This document shows, one piece after another, positions 28,182 to 39,500 of a stretch of 64,000 nucleotides of DNA (its first letter is position 1; every line of letters starts with the position of its first letter). The stretch is from NCBI GenBank assembly GCA_045837725.1, contig JBEWZL010000282.1:62001-126000 (forward strand), given 5' to 3'. The DNA is from Vermamoeba vermiformis (lineage: Eukaryota). The notes beneath the pieces were generated by a model. That model searched no databases. It saw only the letters and a program-made list of their open reading frames with translations, and was not told where the DNA came from. A program made the translations under genes and the position numbers.

Positions 28182-30278
28182 ATGTCTAACGAAGCACAGC
28201 CCACAAACCAACAACCTCAGAGATCTGCTGAAGAAATCCAACAAGAACTGGACGAATACAGACGTGCGCAAAGAGAGCGGTATTTGGTAAGGAAAATAGG
28301 AAATTAATAGAATATTAAATTACATATTACGAATTATAATTATGCCAAGCAATTCTTAAAATTAGAAAATTGGATCCAGTTTTCAATCTGGATGCAAATT
28401 CGCGCCGAAAGGTTCAGACCAATATTAATTATTAATATTGATACTAGAACTATTATTAACTACTCCTTGCGTTAGAGGAGCGTCATATTAGCTTGGTTTT
28501 TATTGAAATTTCGAAAAGAATTGGCAGAAAGTGCTCTTCTTTTTTATTCTCTCGAGGCAAAAATCTGATTAAATCGATTATATTCATCACACTACAACAT
28601 AATAATGGAATATTTATTTTTATTGGCAATTGCGTTTATTGTATTTCGATTCTTATCGAAACTAATGGAAGTCAATACCGGATTACAGAGACAAACTGGC
28701 CAAGCACCTCGAAATATAGCACAGAATACTAGAATAGAGCCTGTAATTAATAGGCAACCTCAGAATACTGATAACGGTGAGTTAATAAAGATAAATTTTC
28801 AGAAAACAGATTCAGATCTGATTCTCGACTTTTCTAGGAACAATTCGCAGAGTAGGAGGTACTGCTACGACTACTAATCGCCAGATTGATTATAGTACCC
28901 AAGTCTCATCGGCTTCGTCGAACAACAATAACCTAAGCAATGTCGATCGAGATCGGCAACTCGCTGACGACGAAGAATTTGCGCGTCGTTTGCAGCGCGA
29001 AGAGTTGTTAGAGGCCCAGAGAGAAGAACAAGCGCAACATCAGGGCAGTGTACCGTTCAGATACAATACTGGATTTTTCCATCCCGCAATGCGACAAGCG
29101 AATCTGCGTGATAGCCATACGTCGTTAGACGACGACAACGATGGTAAATATAGATTATTTAGTCATTAAGATATATTTTGTGCTATTTAAATTATATTTA
29201 AGGTAAAAAAAATTCGGATCGTCAAGCTGCGTAAAATTTTAAGGCTTTGTTTTGCTTCCTATTGAAAATATTAGTATAATAATGATTAATAAGCTTGTTT
29301 AATCTCTTAATAATATATTTTAGCCATTTGAAGCTGAATTTGAATTGGATCTGACAAATTTTTATTTCTACAGAGGAAGACTATGAAGTGTTGCCGTACA
29401 GTCGCGAAGAGATGTACGAGACTGATGACCCTGAAGATATTATTAGAAATATTTTCCCGCCCATTCGAACTATTGTGCCGCAAGAGGTATGTTTTTTCAA
29501 AACCACATCCGCCTTAACAAAAAAAATCTCCAGAATACTTGTTATCGTACGATAACAATAATGGATAATAATATTAAAGTGCTAGTTGGTAATAATCAAG
29601 GTCATCTTAACTAAATGAATATTTTTCAGACGCATCCAGTCAATCAGTTTTTGCGAAATTTGCTCCTTTCAGCGCGAACAGGCCAAGACTTGCAAAATTT
29701 GCCGCGCCAAAGAATAGTTTTCCCGCCACAATTCTTTCAATTGCAGGGCTTTGATTCAGTGCCACCTCATTTGCGCGAAATGTTGCATGGCGACAGCGAT
29801 ACCAGTTACGAACGATTGTTAGAGCTTTGTAAGTACTAGAATAGGTCGTAGATATATATAGAGCGTATATTAATATTTATTTTTGTTAGCTGAAGCATTG
29901 CAACCTGTTTCTCGTGGAGCAGATCCCGAACGAGTACGTAGATTCGCTTAAAGTTTTTTAATTTAATTGAAAAATTTCATCGTATATGTTATAATAGAGG
30001 TATGATATTAAATAATATTATTTTAGATTGAAAGTCTGCCTTCAAGACAGTTCCACGAAAAGGCGCAGGATCCATCAAGCGCGCAACAAAACGAACAAGA
30101 ATCGAGTTCTAGTACCACGTGCAATATATGTCTCGATGATTTCAAAGAAAAAGATGTCGTTACTACATTGCCGCAGTGTTTACACTCGTTCCACAAGACG
30201 TGCATTTCGAAGTGGCTGGCCATTAACAAGATCTGTCCCGTGTGTCGCACTGACATTACTGAGGCACTACACGCTTAA
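28182..30278 (+). CDS. RING-H2 E3 ubiquitin ligase with N-terminal hydrophobic segments
   Basis: C-terminal CAICLDDF...LPQCLHSFHKTCISKWLAINKICPVCR, SYERLLEL motif and a DEEFARRLQ UIM-like segment. Confidence 0.85.
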
Positions 30279-30523
30279 TAATAAACATTAGGGTAGCTAT
30301 TTATGTTAAAATAGTCTATGTTTGGTTTGCATCCCAGTACATATTTGAGGTTAAAACATCTGTGCTGACATTTTGACACTTTGACACTTTGACATGTGGC
30401 TCGCCAATTGGCGGACTTGCCTAAATTTAATACCAAGTATGGAAAAATCGTTCTGTCGTCAACTTGAAAAACACCAAAAGCGTACCGGAGAAATTCTTTT
30501 ATTTTGTCACCGTGTTGACGTCA

Positions 30524-32025
30524 CTAGATGATTTCAAAGCACTATCTATCGCGACCAGTGCTTCACGTCCTCCCAAACGCAATGCAATGTGTTGTGGCTG
30601 TGACACTTGACAGTCCTCCGCTGACGGATTAATGCGAATCAATGTCGATTGTTTCCATTGTTTGACACTTTGTGACACGTTAGAAGATTGTAATTTACAG
30701 ATCGCACTTAATCGTAGTACTTACATCCAATCACTGTTCATTTGCACTGTTGGCACAGCTTTTCCAGCACCAATTTCTATTCAGTATAATTACTGATAAT
30801 GTCGTGAGGTTCAATAATTTGTTGCAAACGTACCTATAATTACAAACTTTGCACTCGTTTTGTCAATAGTCTTTAGCCATTTATGGTAATTTTCAATTTG
30901 ATTTGCCTCACGCTGTTTTGAGAATCCAAGATCACCTTGAAGAACATAAGTTAGCGCATATTAATTACCAATAGGTAGCTGAGTACTTACCAAACATAAG
31001 GACATTAGGCCGCGCAATTTTTTGACACTTTTGACACTTTGGTAACTCGCCTTGAGCTTTGTACGTCGACACGTCAACTTCGGGCAACTATTGACAAAAT
31101 CAATACCATTGTTAATTACGTACTAATAAACTATGTAATGTTAGGACGTACGTTGAATTCACTCACGTTCCAGACAGCGTCAGTACAATGATTGGGCAAG
31201 CAACATTGAACGTGGTGGATCGAGCCGTGGTACTCGTCAACGCGATCTGCTGCAAAACCAACACGCTATGATACGATACGTTAGTTAATATTGATATAAT
31301 TACGATTGATATGAAATCGGGGTATTTATACTCAGATCTAAGACAGATCTGGAAACTTACGAAAAAGTGACCATCGACATTTGAAGTGAATACGAAATGT
31401 TCCTTATGAAGAGTATCGATCCATTTCTTCAATATCGTATAGCCCTCGTGGGGTGTTGCATCAGTGAATAGTCTGTTGCTATAATAAATTCATATTAATT
31501 AGGCGCTAGTGTTCAAAAGTATGCCCCATGCAAAACTTTTGCGACCTAACTTTACGTCACCTAACGCGAGATAAAAATCATTGATGGTATTGCTTAAAAA
31601 GCTTACCAGCTGGTCCAATAACCCCATGCAAATGAAGGATCATCGTGGAACCATTGCGGAGTGCAAGTTTGTTCGAAATTTAGGCCCATCTCCTTGATCA
31701 CCGGATGCGCTTTCCAAAATCCTTGTGGACCGCGATAATCAGGCAAACCCGAGTCTAAATAATTAATAATACTATTTTCAGCTTGTGGCTAAGCTTACCA
31801 ACACCCATGCCAGCGCCAGCAGCGATCAGAATGAAATCTGCTTCACGAATAGCAGCTGCAGCGCGTTGAATATCGTGGTTCACTATTTCTATAATTATAA
31901 TAAATTTTGGTTAACAAATCTATCGCAAGCAATGGCTTGTAATACTGGCCGTTGATTTACAAAAAATTAAGCAAAATTAAGTCGTATTGTTAGCGATAAT
32001 GGAGATGCTACTTACGTGCTTCCAT
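30524..32025 (-). CDS. Sir2-family NAD-dependent deacylase
   Basis: AAGAGMGVDSGLPDYRG, FTSNVDGHF, EYHGSIHHVQC, CQKC..ARPNVLMFGD, IEIGAGKAVPTV and LIRINP. Confidence 0.92.
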
Positions 32026-32319
32026 GTTGTCTATCATTAAATTAACATTAGTTCGAGTCCTATTTTATGGCAGGTACTTTTGGTCCCGCTGTTTGGATCG
32101 CAGTAATGCAGCCCCATTTATTTGAATTTCTACGAATTTCTTGAGCGACGTTTGGCCACTACATGACGTTCTAATGTGTTCTATTTGGCCCACGGACGTT
32201 CGAATATCTGCTTTTAAGAGCGCTGAATTTTTTTAGCCTTTCACTCTCCGAAATTTCTAAATCCAGGTCCCGAGCTGCATCGAAAAGAGGCTTGTTTGTC
32301 TCGAGGTAATTCATTTTAT

Positions 32320-33878
32320 TTACACATTGTTTTGTTGGCTAGGTTCTTCGCGGTGGTACTTGGCTTTTTCTTGCGCAGATCTAACATCCAAATAAATTCC
32401 ATTGGCCACAAAAATAGATCCGATTAAATAATACACTGAGAGTGGCTTAGCAAACAATACAAACGATAGTAATATCGTCACTGCTTTGCGTAATGATGTT
32501 ACAAAGACAACAGTGAACGCATCCGAAACTTTCAATAGTGCCATGATAAATACAAGGCCTATATAATTTAACGTACTATTCAGTAGTGTTAAAGTTAAAA
32601 TGAACGGATTTTTCTGATAAAAACTAATGCCGCCTATTAACTCGTCGCGGCCAAATAAGGCTAAAAACGCGAACAAAAACAACGCGCCCATAGCATAGGG
32701 ATACGCGATCTAGTATAAAATTGATAAAATTAGTTGTTCCGCTGGTGAATTCTTTAGTTATTAATCGAACTTACTGTCTCTGTTCGTGTCGCTTTAAATT
32801 GTTGCAATAACCGCTCGGAATAATTGCCGATAAATGCATCGCAAACCAACGCCAATAACACCAATATAACACCTATTATTTTATAATTATATTATTAGTA
32901 CGATCGAGCTTTATACGGTATACAAAGTCATACCTAAGGTTTGAAATTTTGGATGTACCTCCATGTCACCTAATGTGAAGAGTACGAGGCCAAGAAACAG
33001 ATTAACAGCACTAATAATACCATATTATTAATAACTTAGCCATAAATAATCGTTCATTGAGCAAGTATCGATATTTAAGTTCGGATCTTATACTTTTATA
33101 GACTGTTAAATAATACCTCGCGTATTCCAACAAATTAAATTTCTTTCCCATAATAAAAATAGCGCCGATCATAACAAATATAATTCTCGCTGATTTAAAT
33201 AACACCTATGAAGGGTTGATTAGTCGTTCAAAAACTACAAAGGAATAATGCCCGTACCCAAGTTGGAAAGTTCAATATTAATAGAGAATAGGCTCCAAAC
33301 GCTACTGAAAGTGCGCTAAAAAGTGCTAATTTGGCGTGTTCTATGAGGGGTCCTTGCCTAATATAGAAAATATAAGATCCGTACATAATAATCCTCTAAT
33401 TTTACCAAACACAATACTTTTTATATTAATTTGAATATGGCATATAATATGTTCGTGTAATAGTATTTACGTACCTTTTCTCTCCTTTGTAGATGTGTTC
33501 TATGAAAGCGAATAAAGCAGCCGTTGAAAACATAATCATTGTTTGCACGCCACTATATTCGAATCCTTCAAGCTCAAAAATAAATTCCTAATAATGATCA
33601 ATCAATAACGGCAAAAAGAGCAACAACGGGAAGTAAAAACGGAAAATAAAATAAATCAATTAACCTCACATTGAGTGGATCTTTGTTATTTAAGCAATAG
33701 TTATTAGCTAAATAATATTTTAGAATTTTCCTGCATATTTCGGACAGCAACTTACATGGATCAAGAAAAACGATAAAAATACAACGAAGATCCCCGTCAC
33801 AATAATTCCTAGTTGCCTCTTATTGGAATAATTATGCAATGGAATGGTAAATAAATAAAATTCATCGTTTTGTTGCAT
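32320..33878 (-). CDS. SLC35B/UAA-family nucleotide-sugar or PAPS transporter (SLC35B3-like)
   Basis: LNFPTWVLFKSAR, FTLGD, LVCDAFIGNYSE and VTSLRKAVTILLSFVLFAKP, with multiple TM segments. Confidence 0.85.
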
Positions 33879-33981
33879 GTTCGACGATGATATCAAATTA
33901 ACTGGTTTTTATCGTGCGTTGAAAACCTCAAAGACCATTATTTCCTTTTCGCAATAATAGACACCACAACGAATCAAAGGT

Positions 33982-36268
33982 ATGTCGGGATTGATAAATT
34001 TGCCAACGGAGCTGTTGGACTTGATCGTCAGCTGTGGATTGGACCTACTCGACTTGGGCGCGTTATTCTTGACGTCAAAAGAGTCCAAAATAAAATTCTC
34101 TGATGTAAGACTGCAGCAAATATTCATGGATAATACATCGTACGTACGAGCAAGCATAAAATAACGTTAATAAATTTTTAAAATTATTTTTTCGTTTAGT
34201 ATTCCTTAAGACCCAATAATTGCCTATACCAGACTTTTCAATATATTTTGTAACTGATTTAATTTTAAAAAATAGACTAAGGCTTAGGAGTCCTAAAACC
34301 GGCGCCAACCTCCGTACTAGTTTTGTAGATAGTGTAGCACGAGTACGGCCATTTGAAATGTAGGATAATGATAACATTGTTCGATAGAAATGCATTCATA
34401 GCAATGATCCAACGGGCATTGAAGTTTGCTTCGGAAAAAAGCGGATTTCGTCAGCGATCTCAAGTTTATTTACGACAACTTCGTCGTCTCTATTCTCGGG
34501 TCTTAATCGATTAGACTTTTCGAAGGAAATATTTGATAAAGACGCCGATTTGGTCTTATCCTACGTTATTCAAGTAAGTTTCTTAAAAATAGTTTAGCCG
34601 GATCTGATCTAACGTTCCTTGCAGTATTTTCTCGCTAATATTCCTGAAAGAGCGAATAGAGCCAAAGAAATTATCCCTCTAGTCACTCAATTAGCAGAAA
34701 GCTTTATTCAATTTCAAAAACCGACCTTTGAGAAACATTTGAACGAAGTGCTGGTACACAAAAAGACCTTGTTAGTCGTACTAGATTTCTTCAACAACGA
34801 ATTTGGTATTGTATTTGGCTGGTTGGGCATAGATTCATCTTATCAGATCGGACCGGTAAGTTCATCCTAGTAGACGTTACAACTCCACTCTTAATTTAGC
34901 TCATTTATTTATACTCGCAATCAATACACGTAACTATGACTAAGACATACTGTGCATTTAAGGGCGATATCGCCTTTTTTTCAGGTCATATGACCAGCGC
35001 ATTTTTCCAGTACAAAAATTTGACCTCGTTTGAAACTAGGCCGAAACTCCGCCTGCCAAAGCTATTTTGAGATGTTTCGATAAATACCCGAAATACTCCG
35101 GTAATATGAATCAGGCTTTGGTCGATGTTGGAATGAGCAACAAAAATTTGAAGAGTGGATCCAAGGTACTTTTGAACGCTAATTGTAACTGCTACAATGA
35201 AGTACTTATATGATATGTATACAGGTGACACTTCTCGAGTACACGTGTCTCACCGGATCAATTCGAATGTTCAATATTGCTTTACAACACGGAGCCGAGT
35301 TCGACAAGAGCAAGCCTTACCTTCCTTTGCTATTAGCCGCGAACAAATTAGAAACAATAGAATTCTTGGAACAATTGGTTAAAATGGGCGCTGGTGGGTA
35401 TCATAATATTATTATTGCTATCTGGATACTTAAATATAGTACTATTGTCAGATTTCAACGTACCAATTCCCTCGGCAATTTTCAACGAAGAAATTTATGC
35501 GGCTATTGGAGAATCAACTTCGATTCTAAATTACTTCGCTTGCAAGACAGATGATGATACTAATACGTAAGCTATTAAGATCTATAACTAGGACTAAGTT
35601 TACTTTTTAGCCCCGTGATCGAGTACATTCTTTCGAAGGGCGGAAAATTGCTGCCTCCCGAACTTGAAGCGAATTTAAAAGAAGAACCAAATAGTATTAG
35701 ATATCGTGTAGCTAAAGCTAGTCAAATCGAGAGTTATCATTCATTCAATAGAGCTGTGTAAGAGATCCGTTACAAAACAGAAATTTCAGGACAAACTTTC
35801 TAATTACTTTATATCGACAGTAAATTGGAAATAATGGAAGAAATGCTACAAAATAATAAGGCACTAGTATTTAGCGATGAAAAAGAGGTCATGGTAAAGC
35901 TGAAGATGGATCTGGTCGAAGGTCAAAAACGCTACAAATTCTCTCTTGGTCAGCCGAGCATCTTTAAAGGCTTCTGGCATATCGAAAATAATTTCTTGGT
36001 ATGTAAGGCTGATAGAAAGAAAAGTACCCGGTACATACCCACCAAAACGAGATCCACTCGAATTCTTCAACCTACTTATGCACAAATCGATCAAGTTTTT
36101 AAGTATAGACTCTTTCGGTAAGTCCTAGGAATCTGTATATCAATATATTGAGTGTATTAATAACATTCTACAAAGAACTTGGCTCGATCAGTTGGCGATC
36201 GTACCAGATTGCGACGACAACCTGTCCAAAGAGAAGCTATTCAACAAAATGGTATTATGCAAGCATAA
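33982..36268 (+). CDS. F-box protein with ankyrin-like repeats (multi-exon; 3' structure uncertain)
   Basis: N-terminal LINLPTELLDLI F-box, LLEYTCLTGSIRMFNIALQHGA and VIEYILSKGG ankyrin-like motifs. Confidence 0.6.
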
Positions 36269-36477
36269 ATAAATAAATGTTGTATTATAATATGCATTGT
36301 ATAAATAAAGAAGTTCAGAAACGGAGATACGGAGTGTAAAGAAGCGAGGTGCACTCCTTTCTACATTCGAACGGGCATTTATTGCTCACATAGAGCTACA
36401 ACGAATGACAATATTATTTACAATGCGTAACATATTTATACAAGCAGACACGTGACATGTGATTCTGCTCCGCCTCT

Positions 36478-36494
36478 TCATAGGAGCTTGTAAG
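36478..36494 (+). repeat. Left target-site duplication TCATAGGAGCTTGTAAG
   Basis: Identical to 43763-43779. Flanking bases differ on both sides. Confidence 0.95.
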
Positions 36495-36530
36495 GAAAAA
36501 AATGGGAGGACCACAACTGATTGGAACTAC

Positions 36531-39500
36531 ATGCACAAGCTCAAACTCAATGTAATCGTAAGTACTCTACTAACCCTTATTTTTGTAGGTCTGATCTTTC
36601 TCGAATCTCAACCAATTATTAACGAAAATTTAAATCTAACGAACAAACACCTCAAAAAATCGAATGTTGAATTCCCAAAGCATATTTGCCCAGGGATAAT
36701 TGAATTTCAAACTCTCTCTGTGGAGATGAGATCGAAACCTGAAAATCAAATAAATCGAAATTATCAAAAATACACCTTACTCTATACTTCATTAAAGTAT
36801 AATTATAAAATTACGAATATTAAATCTATTTTTAGACAGACAGGCCAAAAAACCGCAACACGATCTACGCTACTTGATCAAAATTATCGGCAATGGAAGA
36901 TTCAGACGTCATATGTTTTAGATCTTTCGAGAATCTTCTCAGCCGACAAGTATAATTTAAGTAAGAAAGACTCTTTAAATTTTGTAAGTTCAACGACCTT
37001 TAACCACACTATGAATAACAATAACAATCTCAAAGACTTCCTCGACGATGAAAACATGGGAGAAGCCCTGGCTAGCATGTTCCCGATCGATGTGATTGAT
37101 GACTCCATTGAGTCATCCTCGATTGAGGAGAAGTCTGATCGGGTGGAACCGATCAACCAAGAACACGCAGCGAAGAAGCGCAAGCTCGATCAGACCTCCT
37201 TCTTGATAACTGCAAAGGAGACTCGAGCTAACGCACCACCACCAAGAACGACGAAAGCTCCGGTATTTAAACCAAAGGCCAAAGAACCGAAGAACATCAA
37301 AGATCACGTCGAAGAGCAACGAAAACTGAACGACTTCCGAAACAAGCAACGCTCCTATGCTACCTCTTTCCACCGATTCTACGTGCCAACAGACAAGAAG
37401 ATCTACATTGACGTAGAAAAGCCCAATACCAACCAGATATTGAGAGAAGAACCCAACGATGCCGCTACACCCCCAAACCTGTATGATGGCTATTACTGGA
37501 TCGTAGTAGTGGGACTCGACGACAACTGGTCAAAGTCCCAACTCAAGCAAGTGTTTAAAACTACGCCGCAAGAAGTTGTTGCTGGAAGGATTGAGAAGCA
37601 AGGCAGAGACTGGTTCTTTCCCTTCCGTTCCCAAAAGAGTGCCCAACTAGCACGAGACAACGTCTTCGACAAACTGAAGGCAACGCCAATGAAACCTGCC
37701 CCTCTGGTTCGAGTACAACCTACCAAACCACAAGTTGTTAAAGAGGTGCTGATCCGCAAAGTCAAAACAAGAGATGCAGAAGGCGAACTCATCGAACAGA
37801 GCTGGGTTGGAAAACTCCCGATCAAGAGCATTACAATTCGACCGTCAAAAGCCCCAGGCAAAGAAGAGCTGAATAACATTTTCATCGAACTCGACGAACT
37901 CGAAGACCACAATGATATCTTCCTCTATGGTGGCCTCATCAGACTTAACCAGACTGACTACTCCATTGTTCCATGCTTCCCGCGCGAACGGATGCTCCAA
38001 GCATATCGAATTCCCAATGACCCCATGTGGTTGGATCACCAATGGGTGAAAGAGAGATTCGACCTCTTGCTTAATGGCATGTCAATCACAATTACCGAAG
38101 TTTTTGTACCAACGGAAGCAGATGGAAATGTTTCACAAAACGCCCTTGTTCTCTTCGAGACAGCAGAAGATGCACTAAAAGCTACCACACAGTTCTTCGC
38201 TTTCACTTGGGGACCAATGAAAGCCGAGGCGAATATCACGTTCCAATCGCCAATCTGGCAACGAAACAAGGTAAGCATAATTCTAAGCATAACTAATACA
38301 AATACTAACAATCCTATTATAGACCAGAAAGTAGCTCAGTACGAGCACAAATGCTACCAGAGTATAACACTGAAACTCTTTTTAACGAACGCAGACATCA
38401 TTTATATTTTATTACTATATACACACGTTAGACTACATTATATTAAAAACCAAATAAAGACACTACTTCTAGTTACATTATTGCTTCGTGCTTCGTCAAT
38501 TCCAATCCAGCTCGTTCAGTTCTTACATAGAATACCTACAGGCCAACGCAAACAAAGAGTAAGACACAACGCTAAGAAGCAACAATTAATAGATAACCGA
38601 GTGTCCCTTTACATTGATAATAAACTAGTATCAAGGCCAGCCCTATCCAAAATTAACAAAAAAAATGTAACCATATTAATAAAAAACGAACTAAAACTAA
38701 AACCAAACCAATACAGGGTAACCTTCAATAAGTACAATAAAAATATTTTTATTGCACTGAAACTTGTTGGTGGAAACAATCTTCTAAACAAGAAAATATT
38801 AGCCTACTTCGATAATGAATTTTATGAAGGAACAATTATACAAGCAAAAAAGAACTACAAATATACAATTAAATGGGACAATGGTGACGACAACTCTGAT
38901 ATCTACCTTCATCCGTATGACAACACTCATCAGCCACGTCATGATGCGTGGTTCCTTAAAGATGAAGAACCCATAACAATAGAAACTAATGAAATAAAGA
39001 TCGCATTCAAAAACATTAACGGTAAATTCAATGACATGATCTCAGACATCGAAAGTACAATGAGGGCAAACCGACTCGACTTTCTTTGTATCCAAGAACT
39101 GAAACTTAATTCTGAGCAGTACATTGAACCTATCCAAGGATACACAATGATTAAAAACCTAAAACCGCGCTCAATGATAGAGGACGAATATGTAGCACGT
39201 AAAACAGCCGAGATACAAAAACGGACAACTAACGACGATAAAAAGGAACACGACATCAAAATGATACTCAAAGACAAGGCAAAAGATAAAGGGGGAGTGG
39301 CTATCCTCCTCCGAAACTGCTGGGAACCATTTATTCAAGAAGTTATTAAAGACGATATCGAACACCGTTTCATTCATATAAGGCTTCGCATTAATAACAA
39401 TGACATATGGATAACAAACATATATGCACACAGCGACGGTACTATAACTGAAAAAGAAGCTCTTTTCGACAGAGTTTTAGAAATTAATAGCGGTAACCTG

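Noticed and set aside
26040-33878. Amino-sugar gene cluster (GlcNAc 2-epimerase near an SLC35B transporter)
   Set aside because: Separated by unrelated genes, so proximity alone is not evidence.
35894-35921. 28-nt intron or +1 frameshift in the 3' part of the F-box/ankyrin gene
   Set aside because: Cannot be resolved without transcripts, and there is no homology to anchor the frame.
36459-36530. ORF-track start (GTG 36459) of the 1838-aa ORF
   Set aside because: It lies outside the TSD-defined element. The first in-element in-frame ATG is 36531.
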